Below, piece after piece: positions 15,140-28,082 of a stretch of 64,000 bases of DNA. Positions within the stretch are counted from its first letter, which is position 1; each line of letters starts with the position of its first letter. Made by a program: the position numbers and the translations under genes. Source of the stretch: the human T2T-CHM13v2.0 reference genome, Homo sapiens. The notes below the pieces were generated by a model. That model saw only the letters and a list, made by a program, of their open reading frames with translations, was not told where the DNA came from and searched no databases. The stretch lies in assembly GCF_009914755.1 (NCBI RefSeq), contig NC_060925.1, one strand, 5' to 3'.

Positions 15140-17017
15140 AAGTGTTCCCTTTTCTTCACAATTTCGCCAGCATCTGTTATTTATTGATGTTTTAATAATA
15201 GCCATTCTGGCTTGTGTGAGATGGTATCTCATTGTGGTTTTGATTTGCATTTCTCTAATGATTAGTGATGTCAAGCATTTTTTTAATATGCTTATTGGCT
15301 ACATGTATATCTTCTTTTGAAAAATGTCTGTTCATGTCCTTTTCCCACTTTTTAATGGGGCTGTTGTAAATTTGTTTAAGTTCCTTATAGATTCTGGATA
15401 TTAGATCTTTGTCAGATGCATAGTTTGCAAATATTTTCTCCCATTCTTTAGGATGTCTGTTTATTCTGTTGACAGTTTCTTTTGCTGTGTAGAAGGTTTT
15501 CAGCTTAATTAGATTCCATTTGTCAACTTTTGTTTTTCTTGCAATTGCTTTTGGCATTTTTGTTGTGAAATCTTTGCCAAGTCCTGTGTCCAGAATGGTA
15601 TTTCCTAGATTATCTGCCAAGGTTCTTATAGTTTTAAGTTTTATATTTAAGTTTTTAACCCATCTTGAGTGGATTTTTGTATGTGGTGTTAGGTAGGTGT
15701 CCAGCTTCAATATTCTGCATATGGCTAGCCAGTTATCACTGCACCATTTATTGATGGAGGAGTCCTGTTTCTGTCAGCTTTGTTGAACAACAGATGGTTG
15801 TAGGTGTACAACATTATTTCTGGGCTTTATATTCTCTTCCAATGGTCTATGTGTCTGTTTTTGTACCAGTACCATGCTGTTTTGGTTACTGTAGCCCTGT
15901 AGTATAATTTGAAGTCAGGTAACATGATGCCTCCAGCTTTGTTCTTTTTGCTTAGAATTGCGTTGGTTATTCAGGCTCTTTTTTGATTCCATATGAATTT
16001 TTAAATTTTTTTTTCTAATTCTGTGAAGAATGTCATTGGTAGTTTGATAGGAATAGCATCGAACCTGTAAATTGCTTTGGGGAGTATGGCCATTTTTATT
16101 ATATTGATTCTTCCTATCTATGAGCACGGAATGCTTTTTCATTTGTTTGTGTCATCTCTGATTTATTTGACAAGTGTTTTGTAATTGTTGTGGAGATTTT
16201 TCATCTCCCTGGTTAGCTATATTCCTATGTATTTTATTCTTTTTGTGACAATTATGAATGGGATTACGTTCTTGATTTGGCTCTCAGCATGGATGTTGTT
16301 GGTGTATAGGAAGGCTACTGATTTTTATACATTGATTTTGTATCCTGAAACTTGCTGAAGTTGTTTTCAGCTCAAGGAGCTTTTGGGTAGAGACTATGGG
16401 GTTCCCTAGATATGGAATCATTCATTTACAAACAGAGATAGTTTAACTTCCTCTATTCCTATTTGGATACCTTTTATTTCTTTCTCTTAATTTCTCTGGC
16501 TAGGACTTCTAATACTATTTTGAATTGGAGTAGTGAGAGAGGGCATCCTTGTCTTGTGCTGGTTTTCAAGGGGTGCTTGTACTTCTGGCTTTTGCCCATT
16601 TAGTGTGATGCTGGCTGTCGGTTTGTCATAGGTGGTTCTTAATATTTTAAAGTATGTTCCTTCAGTGCCTAGTTTATTGAGGGTTTTTAACACGAAGCGA
16701 TGTTGAGTTTTATCAAAAGCCTTTTCTGCATCTGTTGAGATAATTGTGTGGTTTTTGTTTTTACTTCTCTAAATGTAAATGAATTACATTTACTGATTTG
16801 CACATGTTGAGCCAACCTTGTATCTCAAAGATAAAGCCTACTTGACTGTGGTGGATAAGCTTTTTCATGTGCTGCTGGATTCAGCTTGCAGTGTTTTGTT
16901 GAGGACTTTTGCATCTATGTTTATCAAGGACATTGGCCTAAAGGTTTCTTTTTTTGTTGTGTCTCTGCCAGGGATTGGTATTGGGATGATGCTAGGTAAT
17001 TTATAAAGGAACTCACT

Positions 17018-17417
17018 CCTGATGGGAGATGATTGGATCATGCGGGCAGTTTCTGCATACTGTTCTCATGATAGTGAGTGAGTTCTCACGAGATCTGAGG
17101 GTTGTAGAAGTATGTGACAATTCCTCCTTCACACACTTTCTCTCTCTCCTGCAGCCTTGTGAAGAAGGTGACTGCTTCCCCTCCTGCCATGATTGCAAGT
17201 TTCCTGAGGCCTCCCAAGCCATGCAGAACTGTGAGTAAATTAAACCCCTTCCTTTATAAATTACCTAGCCTCATGTATGTCTATAGCAGTGTGACAATGG
17301 ACTAATACAAGAAGGGACTCCTCCCACCTCATTCTATAAGGTTAGCATCATGTGGGGATTATGGGGATTACAGTTTGAGATGAGATTTGGTTGAGGTCAC
17401 AGAGATAAACCATATCA
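17018..17417. mobile_element. THE1D/MSTA-like solo LTR, internally rearranged
   Basis: LTR body on + at 17018-17309 ending taataca; LTR 5' end on - at 17351-17417. Confidence 0.85.
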
Positions 17418-18462
17418 CTCCTTCTCAGTTTTTTAGAATAGTTTCAGTAGGAATGGTATCAGCTTTTCTTTGTACATCTGGTAGAATTCAGCTGTAAATT
17501 CGTCTGGTCCCAGACTTTGTTTTGGTTGGTAAGCTTTTTATTACTGATTCAATTTTGGAACTCATTATTGGTTTGTTCAGGGATTCAGTTTCCTCCTGGT
17601 TCAGTCTTGGGAGGTTGTATGTGTCTAGGAAATTATCCATTTCTTCTAGATTTTTTAGTTTGTGTGCATAGAGGTGTTCATAGTAGTATCTGATATTTTT
17701 TCCTGTGGGATCAGTGGTAATGCCCTCTTTGTCACTTCTAATTGTGTTTATTTGGATATTCTCTCTTTTTTTTCTTTATTAGTCTAGCTAGCAGTCTATC
17801 TAATTAATCTTTTTCAAAGAACCACCTTCTGTATTCATTGATCTTTTGTATGGTTTTTTATGTCTCAATTTCCTTTGGCTCAGCTCTGATTTTGGTTATT
17901 TCTTGTCTTCTGCTAGCTTTAGAGTTAGTTTGCTCTTGCTTCTCTAGTTCTTCTAGTTGTGATGTTAGGTTGTTAATTTGAGATCTTTCTAACTTTTTGA
18001 AATAGGGATTTAGATCTATAAACTCCCACTTAATACTGCCTTAGTTGTGTCCCAGAGATATTAGTATGTTGTATCTTTTTCTCATTAGTTTCAAAGAATT
18101 TCTTGATTTCTTCCTTGATTTCATTGTTTACCCCAAAATCACTCAGGAGCAAGTTGTTTAATTTTCACTTAACTATATCGTTTTGAGTGATTTTCTTGGC
18201 ATTGATTTCTACTTTTATTGTGCTGTGGTCTGATAGTGTGGTTGGTCTGACTTCATTTTTTTGAATTTGCTAAGTACTGTTTTATGTCCAATTGTGTGGT
18301 TGATTTTGGAGTATGTGCCATGTGGCAATGAAAAGAATGTATATTCTGTTGGCTTATAGGATTTCTGCTGAAAGGTCCATTGTTAGCTTGATGGGGATCC
18401 CTTTGTAAGTGACCTGCCCCTTCTCTCTAGGTGCCTTTAACATTTTTTCTTTCATTTGGACC

Positions 18463-18934
18463 TGTGGGGGTCCAACCCACAGACCCTGACCTAGTGATGG
18501 ATGAAAGACGTACACTGACACAGATATTTTCTCTGTCAGTCTGGCTAAGAGGCTCTGCTCTGAGTGTGGAGCATTGCCTCAATAAGCCGGTGAAGTTCAC
18601 ATTTATTTAGCACAGATTAAATGACAAAAGTCTCAAGTAAACACCATTAGAGGGTAATTAATATTGCCGACCCCCCGAGTAGAGAGCAATTATGCACCCA
18701 TGGTTGATCAAAGGTTGGTCTTAGGACCACATAAATAAGCTATTTAGATAAATGCCCCACATTCCCTTGATATTTGCTTTTTTTGCTATCAACAAAGGCA
18801 AAGAGGATTAGGCTGCCTTCAGCCAAATCTGTTACTGAAGCCATGCAAACCCCCTGGCCTTCCAAGAAACTTTGTGTCTATTCCCTATAACTATATCTAT
18901 AATTTTTTCCAACCACACTGATTGATCCCCTACA
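18463..18934 (-). mobile_element. LTR22 (HERV-K HML-5) solo LTR
   Basis: TG..CA termini; 6-bp TSD tggacc / tggact; ggctgccttcagcc and aaccacactgattgatcccctaca match the LTR22 5' end. Confidence 0.8.
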
Positions 18935-19527
18935 TGGACTCTCGAGGGGGGTGTCTCACTCACTCACCCTTTCCTATATGGATAGGTTCTCCTGGCTCTG
19001 TGCTGAGCCCAGAGAGGCTGGTGCCCAGCTTTGCTCTTCTCTGCTCTCTGTGTTCCCTTGCTGCCTGGATGGAACCCACCGTGGTTTCTCAGATGATCTG
19101 CCTGTAGGGTCAGTGTTCATTAGTTCTTTTCTTTACACTCCATGACAGCAATACACAAGAGCTGCTTCTAGCCCACCATCTTGGCACTGCCCTACATTAA
19201 GTCTTAATTCCTCAGGCTTTATTCTTTTTTTCCGAGGATTATTTTAACTACTACAGTTCCTTTGTATTACTATAAAACTTTGGAATAGTCTCGTTTATAT
19301 CTATAAAAAATCTTGCTGGGATTTGGATACGAATTGTGTAAAACCTATACACAGTTTAGGAAGTTCCTATCAGTTTAGGAAGAATTGTCATTTTTACTAT
19401 GTCGAGTTTTCCAATCTGTGAACATGGTATCTCTTCATTTATCTAGTTATTCTTTTATTTCTTTCATGAATTTTATGTAGTTTTCAGAATAAAAGTCCAA
19501 TATAGACTTAGTTAGACTTACATCTGA

Positions 19528-19935
<408 letters not shown>

Positions 19936-20051
19936 AGATCTTGCATGTTGTGACTTTGATAAACTCACTTTGTAGTTCTAAGAGTTTTTGGTAGATTTTT
20001 TGGGATTTTTCTATATATTATAGGAAATCGTGTTATCTGAAAATAGAAACT

Positions 20052-20178
20052 CCCTTCCTTCCTTCCTTCCTTCCTTCCTTCCTTCCTTCCTTCCTTCCTA
20101 CCTTCCTTCCTTCTTTCTTTCTTTTTCTTTTTCTTCTTACATATATGCTTTTCTTTTCTTTTTCTTTTTTTTTTTTTT
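20052..20178. repeat. (CCTT)n / T-rich simple repeat
   Basis: Tandem CCTT followed by T-rich tracts. Confidence 0.9.
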
Positions 20179-23100
20179 GGCTTTATTGCACTGTCTAGAA
20201 CTTCCAGAACTATGTTGAATAAGAGCTGTGAGAGCATTTATTCTTGCCTTGTTTCCAACCTTAGGGGAAAAGCATTCGGTCTTTTGCTATTAAGTATAAT
20301 GTTAGCTGTAGGTCTTTTGTAGATGTTCTTTATCAAGTTGAGGAAGTTCCTGTTCTTCCGACTTTCTGAGAGTTTTTTGTCATAAGTAGATGTTGACTTT
20401 TGTCAAATGTCTTTTCCTACATCAATTGATATCATCATGTGACTTACTTTTTAGCCTGTTAATATGGCATATCACTTTTAATAATTTTTGAATCAGAAAT
20501 CTGCCTTGCATTCTTGGGATAAACCCCACTTGGTTATGTTGTATAATTCTTTTAATATATTTGCTAACACTTTGTTTGTTAAATTTTTTTGTCTATATTC
20601 AGAAGGAATATTGACCTATAGTTGTCTTTTTTTGTACTATCTGTTTGGCTTTGGTATCAAGGTAGAACTAGCTTTATACATTCAATTGGGAGTATGCTCT
20701 TCTTTTCTGTTTTTTGGAAGAGATTGTGTGGAATTAGTGTTAATTCTTCTTTAAATGTTTGGTAGAATCCTCAAGTAAATTTATTTGGGCCTGGAGATAT
20801 CCTTTTTGGGAGTTTTTTTTAACATTATGAATTTCATTTATTTAATAGTTATAGGGCTATTGAAATAATCTATTTCATATTGGATGAGTTGTGGTAATAT
20901 ATGTTTTTAGATGAAATAGATCACTTCCTCAAAGTCGTCAAATGTATGCGTGTATTCACAGTATTCTGTTATTCTCCTTTCAATCCCCTGTATTATTCCT
21001 GATGTTTCTAGTTCTGCTAGTCTAGTTGCGTTTATCTATTTTCTGATCTTGTCAAAGAACCAACTCTTTTTTCATTAAAAAGAGTTTATTTCTGTGTATA
21101 TTATTTTCTGTTTTAAATTTCACTGATTTTTAAAATCTTATCTTTATTATTTCACTCCTTCTTTTGCTCTGGGATTCTTCTTCCTTTTCTAGGTTCTTGA
21201 GGTAAAAGTTTAGATTATTTACTCAAGAGTTTTTCTTTCTTCAGATGTATGCATTTAGTGCTGTAAGTTTCCTTTTCAGTTTTAGCTGTGTCCCAGACAT
21301 TTTATGTTGGATTTTCACTTTCATTCAGTTTAATGTATTTTTAATTTTTCTTGAGACTTCCTTTTTTGATTTATGGATTATTTAGATGTATATTGCTTAG
21401 TTTCTAAGTATTTGGAAGTTTTCCTCTCATCTTCTGCTTTTGGTCCTCTGACCACATACATATTCTGTATGATTTTATTTTTTAAAAACTGTTGAGGTTT
21501 GTTTTATGGCATAGGACATAGCATATCTTGGTGTATGTTTGGTGGGCACTTACAAAGAATGTGTATTCTGTTGTTGGGGTGAGTGTTCTAAAAATGTCAG
21601 TTAGAACTTATTTGTTTGTAGTTAATATGATTTGGCTCTGTGTCCCCACCCAAATCTCACCTTCAATTGTAATGCCCATAATCCCCACTTGTCAAGGGCA
21701 TGACCAGATAAAGGTAATTAAATCACGGGGGTGGTTTTGCCCATGCTGTTCTCGTGATAATGAGTGAGTCTCATGAGATCTGATGGTTTTATAAGCATCT
21801 GGCATTTTCCCTGCTTGCATTCACTGTGTCCAGCCATCTGTGAAGAAGGTGCCTGTTTCTCCTTTGCCTTCCACCATGATTGTAAGTTTCCTCAGGCCTC
21901 CCCAGCAATGTGGAACTGTGAGTCAATTAAACCTCTTTCCTTTATAAATTATCCAGTCATGGGCAGTTCTTTATAGAAGTGTGAAAACAGACTAATACAG
22001 TAAATTGGTACTTCAGACAGTGGGGTACTGCTACAAAGATATCTGAAAATGTGGAAGTGACCTTGTAACTGGGTAATAGGCAGAGGTTGGAACAGTTTGG
22101 AGGGCTCAATAAAAGAAAGAAATATGCAGGAAAGTTTGGAACATCCTAGAGAATTGTTGAATGGCTTTGACCAAAATGCTGATAGTGATATGGACAATGA
22201 AGTCCAGGCAGAGGTGGTCTCAGATGGAGAGGAGAAACTTGTTGGGAACTGGGATAAAGGTGACTCTTTCTATGCTTTAACAAAGAGACTGGTGACATTT
22301 AGCCCCTGCCCTACAGTTCTGTGGAACTTTGAACCTGACAGAGATGATTTAGGGTATCTGGTGGAAGAAATTTCTAAGAAGCAAAGCGTTCAAGAGGGAG
22401 CAAAGCATAAAAGTTTGGAAAATTTGCAGCCTGGCCGTGATGTAGAAAATAAAAACCTGTGTTCTGGGGAGAAATTCCAGCCAGCTGCAGAAATTTGCAT
22501 AAGTAATGAGAAGCCAAACGTTAATCATCAAGACAATGGGGAAAATGTCTCCAGGGCATGTCAGAGGTCTTCAGGGAGCCCCTTCCATCACAGACCCAGA
22601 GGTCTAGAAGGGAAAAATCAGTTCGTGGGGCCTTGATGGTTTGTGCAGTTTGGGGACTTGATGCCCTGCATTCCAGCTGTGGCTAAAAAGGGCTGACGTA
22701 CAGCTCAGGCCATTGCCTCAGAGGGTGCAAGCCCTAAGTCTTGGCAGCCTATATGTGTTGTTGGTCCTCCAGGTGCACAGAAGTCAAGAATTCAGGTTTG
22801 GGAACCTCTGCCTATATTTCAGAGGGTATATGGAAATGCCTGGATGTCCAGGCAAAAGTTTGCTCCAGGGGCAGAGCTCTCAGGGAGAACCTCTGTTAGG
22901 GCAGTGCAGAAGGGAAATATGGGGTCAGGGCCCCCACACAGAGTCCCCATGAGGGGTCTGCCTAGTGGAGCTGTGGGAAGAGGGCCACCATCCTCCAGAC
23001 CCCAGAATGGCAGATCCACCGACAGTTTGCACTGTACTCCTGAAAAAGCCACAGACACTCAACACAAGCTCATGAAAGTACCTGGGATGGGGGCTGTATC

Positions 23101-23579
23101 CTGTAAAGCCACAGGGGCAGAGCTGGCCCAAGACCATGGGAGCCCACCCCTTGCATCAGCTTGACATGGATATGAGACATGGAGTCAAAGGAGATCATTT
23201 TGGAACTTCAGGCTTTAATGACTGCCCTATTGAATTTTGGACTTGCATGGGGCCTGTAGCTCCTTTGTTTTGGCCAATTTCTCCCATTTGGAACAGGAGC
23301 ATTTATCCGATGCCTATACCTCCATTGTATCTAGGAAGTAATTAGCTTGGTTAATTTTACAAGCCCATAGGCCGAAGGGACATGCCTTGTCTCAGATGAG
23401 ACTTTGGACTGTGGACATTTGAGTTAATGCTGAAATGAGTTAAGACTTTGGGTAACTGTTGGGAAGGCATAGTTGGTTTTGAAATGTGAAAAGACATGAG
23501 ATTTGGGAAGGGCCAGGAGGGGAATGACATGGTTTGGCTCTGTGTCCCCACCCAAATATCACCTTGAATTGTAATCTCC

Positions 23580-26531
23580 TGATATGGTCTGGCTGTGTCC
23601 CTACCCAAATCTCATCTTGAATTGTAACTCCCACAATTCTCAAATGTCATGGGAGGAACCTGGTGGGAGGTGATTGAATTATGGGGGCAGGTCTTTCCTG
23701 TGCTGTTCTTATGATAGCAAATGAGTCTCACGAGATCTGATGGTTTTAAAAACAGGAGTTTCTCTGCATAAGCTCTCTCTTGTCTGCCACCATGTGAGAC
23801 ATGCCTTTCACCTTCCACCATGATCGTTAGGCCTCCCCAGCCATGTGGAACTGTAAGTCCAATAAACCTCTTTCTTTTATAAATTGCCCAATCTTGGATA
23901 TGTCATTATCAGCAGTGTGAAAACGGACTAGTACAGTAAATTGGCCAGTAGAATAAGGTGTTGGTGAAAAGATGCCTGAAAATGTGGAAGTGACTTTGAA
24001 GCTGGGTAACAGGCAGAGGTTGAAAGAGTTTGGAGGGCTCAGAATAAGACAGGAAAATGTGGAAAGTTTGGAACTTCATAGAGACCTGTTGAATGGCTTT
24101 GCCCAAAATGCTGATAGTGATATGGACAATAAAGCCCAGGCTGAGGTGGTATCAGATGGAAATGAGGAACTTGTTGGGAACTGGAGCTAAGATGACTCTT
24201 GTTATATTTTAGTGAAGAGACTGGTGGCATTTTGCCCCTTCCCTAGAGATTTGTGAAACTATGTACTTGAGGGAGATGATTTAGGGTATCTAGCAGAAGA
24301 AATTTCTAAGCAGCAAAGCATTCAAGATGTGACTTGGGTGCTGTTAAAGGCATTCAGTTTCAAAAGGGAAACAGAGCATAAAAATTTGGAAAATGCATGG
24401 CCTGACAATGCAATGGAAAGAAAAATTCTATTCTCTGAGGAGAAATTCAAGCTAGCTGCAGAAATTTGCATAAGTAACGAGGAGCCAAATGTTAATCCCC
24501 AAGACAATGGGGAAAATGTCTGCAGAGCATGTCAGAGACCTTTGTAGCAGCCCTGCCCATTACAGGCCTGGAGGCCTAGGAGGAAAAGTTGGTTTTGTGG
24601 GCCAGGCCCAGGATCCCCATGCTGTGTGCAGCCTAGAGATTTGGTGCCCTGTGTCCCTGCCACTGCAGCCATGGCTGAAAGGGGCCAATGTGGAGCTTGG
24701 ACTGTGGCTTCAGAGGGTGCAACCCTCAAGCCTTGGTAGCTTCCATGTGGTGTTGAGCCTGTGAGTGCACAGAAGTCAAGAATTGAGGTTTGGAAACCTC
24801 TGCATAGATTTCAGAAGATGTATGGAAATACCTGGATGCTCAGGCAGAAGTTTGCTATAGGGGTGGGGTTCTCATGGAGAACCTCTGCTAGAGCAGTGCA
24901 GAAGGGAAATGTGGGATGGGAGCCCCCACACAGAGTCTGTACTGGGGCACCACCTAATGGAGCTGTGAGAAGAGGGCCACCATCCGCCAGACCCCAGAAT
25001 GGTAGATCCACTGACAGCTTGCACCATGCTTCTGGAAAAAACCACAGACATTCAATGCCAGTCCATGAAGGCAGTCAGGAGGGAGGCTGCCTGCCTGCAA
25101 AACCATAGGGGCGGAGCTTCCCAAGACCATGGGAACCCACCTCTTATATCAGTAAGACCTGGATGTGAGACGTGGAGTCAAAGGAGATCATTTTGGAGCT
25201 TTAAGATTTGACTGTCCCTAGGTTCTTGGAGGCTGCAGCTTTAAGTGAAATTGTACACCCTATAAAGAAATCAATTTACCATAGGTTAGTTGATATAAAC
25301 AAGAGTTAAGTTCTTATGGCAGATAGCGTGTTGTTTCACTTAAAAGCCTCAGTTTCCGCGAACCTATCGACAACATTAACTGAGAACTTATTTTAAAGCA
25401 GGTTTTGAATGTGTTATCAAAATGGTAAAGAATATTTAATAAATTATCAAAATCAAGTGATGGTCATCAAAAGAGACATATAAATAGCTGACTGCTACAA
25501 ATATGTTTGTATGACTTTTGGACTAAACTAAAACAATAAGTATAAAATGTATTAAGCACAGCCAAAGATGTACTTTTTTTCCATCTGGATCTGTGAATTT
25601 TAGGAGGGATCTTTTTTTGCTGTCATAGCCATTAAATCCAAGTACTTGTATATCATGCCCTTAAAATTAAGACTATGAATCACTGTGTCACAAAGTACTA
25701 AACCAACATTTCAAATATAATGAAGCACATTCAATAATATTGCTATGTTTAAACATATGAATACTTACAATGTTTTTCATAAAAGTAAAAGGGTTTATTA
25801 TTACTAAATTAACTTTAAATTACTCCAACATAAAATAAAATGAAACATCTGTTAAAAAAAAAAAGACTTGACTGTCCCTTTGGATTTGGGACTTGCATGG
25901 GGCCTGTAGCCTCTTTGTTTTGGCCAGTTTCTCCCATTTGTAAGAGGAGCATTCATTCAATGTCTGTACCCCCATTGTATCTAAGAAGTAGCTAATTTGC
26001 TTTTGATTTTACAGGCTCATAGGTAGAAGGGAGTTGCCTTGTCTTGGATGAGACTTTGGACTGTGGACTTTTGAGTTAATGCTGAAATGAGTTGAGACTT
26101 TGGGGGACTGTTGGGAAGGCATGATTAGTTTCGAAATGTGAAGATATGAGATTTGGTTGGGGCCGGGGTGGAATGATATGGTTTGGCTCTGTCCCCACCC
26201 AAATCTCTTCTTCATTGTAACTTCCACAATGTGGGAGGAACCTGGTGGGAGGTGATTGAATTATGAGGGTAGGTATTTCCTGCACTGTTCTCATGATAGT
26301 GAATGACTCTCATGAGATCTGGTGGTTTTAAAAATGGAAGTTTCTCTGCACAAGCTCTCTCTTTGCCTGCCACCATTCACATAAAATGTGATTTGCTCCT
26401 CCTTGCCTTTTGCTGTGATTGTGAGGCCTCCCCAGCCATGTGGAACTGTGAGTCCAATTAAACCTCTGTCTTTTGTAAATTGCCCAGTCTCGGATATGTC
26501 TTTATCAGCAGCCTGAAAGGGGACTAATACA
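23580..26531 (+). mobile_element. Full-length THE1A/B-like MaLR provirus (inner)
   Basis: 5' LTR 23580-23935, internal 23936-26173, 3' LTR 26174-26531; TSD tctcc / ttccc. Confidence 0.9.
25220..25862 (+). pseudogene. 5'-truncated polyadenylated retrocopy (3'UTR-only processed pseudogene or orphan L1 transduction)
   Basis: 17-bp TSD aaga(t/c)ttgactgtccct; AATAAA 25834-25839; poly-A 25854-25862; begins with a MER82-like fragment (25220-25390). Confidence 0.85.
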
Positions 26532-27566
26532 TTCCCCTAATTTCTACTTGTTAAGGGCAGGACCAGGTGGAGGTAATTGAATCATGGGGGCAGTTTCCCT
26601 CATGCTGTTCTCATGATAATGAGTGAGTCTCATGAGATCCGATGGTTTTATAAGTGTCTGGCATTTCCCGTGCTTGCACTCACCCTGTTCTGCCACCCTG
26701 TGAAGAAGGTTCCTGCTTCTCCTTTGCCTTCCACCATGATTGTAAGTTTCCTGAAGCCTCCCCAGCAATGTGGAACTGTGAGTCAATTAAACCTCTTTTC
26801 TTTATAAATTACCCAGTCTCAGGCAGTTCTTTATAGCAATATGAGAATGGATTAATACAGTAATGTTTTGATTTTTCATATCTTAGCTGATTTCTTTCTG
26901 GTTATTTTATCAATTGTTGAAAGAAGGGTGTTAAAGTTTCCAACTATTTTTATGGATTTGTCTATTATTCTGTCCAGTTGTATCAGTAGTATTTCACATA
27001 TTTGGAGTTCTGTTGTTTGGTATATACATGCTTAGGATTTCTATGGGCCATGTAAAAAATACTTTGCCAATTTATGTCTTTTAATTCATATAATTAGATT
27101 ATTTACATTTAATGCAATTGTTGATATGTTGGAGGTTAAATCTATAAATTTTGTTTTTTCTTTCCATCTTTCATTTGTTGTATTTACCTGTCAGTTAATT
27201 GACCATTAAAAATTCAATTTTAATCTATTAGTAGTGTTTTTGAGTATATCTCTTTGTATCTTTTCACAGGTTTTTGAGTGGTTGCTCTAGGCATTATATT
27301 ATACATACACGACTATCAGAGTCTACTGGTATCATCATTTTACCACTTCAAGTGAAGTGTCAAAATTTTACCTACCTTATGCTCTTTTACCTTCCCCTAT
27401 TTATAGCATAATTACATTAAATATTTCCTTTATACACATTCAGAACCAGATCCGACAGTGTAATGTTTGCTTTATCAATCAAATATAGTTTAGAAAACTC
27501 AAAAGAAGGAAAGCCTATTATATTTACTTATAATTTTGTTTACCCCATTTTTTCTTTATTTCTGGT

Positions 27567-28082
27567 TGTATTAGTTGCTGCTGTAACAGATTACCCCAAA
27601 CTTGATGGCTTAAGACAAAGCAATTTTTTATTATCTTATAGTTCTGGAGGTCAGAAGTCTAAAATGGGTTGACAGGGCTACATTTCTTTTGAAGAATTTA
27701 GCAGAGTACCTGCTCCTTTGCTGATTGTTGTAATGGAGCGAATCTGTTCTCTTGCCTTTTCTAGCTTTTAGAGGCCACCTGTATTCCACGGCTTATGATC
27801 CCTTCTTCCACGTGAAAGCCATCAGTGTAGCATCTTTAAATCCTCCTCTTTCTTTCTGCTTCCATTCTCACAGTTTTTTCTATTCTCTCTCTCCTGCCTC
27901 CCTCCTAAAGGGACCTCTATAATTATATTAAGCCCATCTGGGCAATCCAGGATAATCTCATCTCAATATCCTTAATTCAATTACATCTGAAAAGTTCTTT
28001 TCATTATGTAAAGTAACATGTTCACAGGTTCCTAGGATTAGGATGCAGACATCTTTGGGAGGCCATTATTCTTTTTACCACA
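27567..28082 (-). mobile_element. MLT1D-like MaLR LTR
   Basis: tgtattagttgctgctgtaacagattacc...atccaggataatctc...ggccattattctttttaccaca. Confidence 0.85.

Larger units (their letters stand above)
21623..26859 (+). mobile_element. Full-length THE1D-like MaLR provirus (outer); 3' LTR split by a second THE1
   Basis: 5' LTR 21623-21999, internal 22000-23524, 3' LTR 23525-23579 plus 26532-26859; TSD gtagt / gtaat. Confidence 0.9.

Noticed and set aside
15255-15710. 151-aa L1 ORF2-like ORF and similar ones at 31928-32893
   Set aside because: Short open stretches of decayed L1s; not capable of retrotransposition
22097-22636. 179-aa ORF (also 29488-30048, 186 aa)
   Set aside because: Frameshifted remnants of the MaLR internal ORF; not host genes
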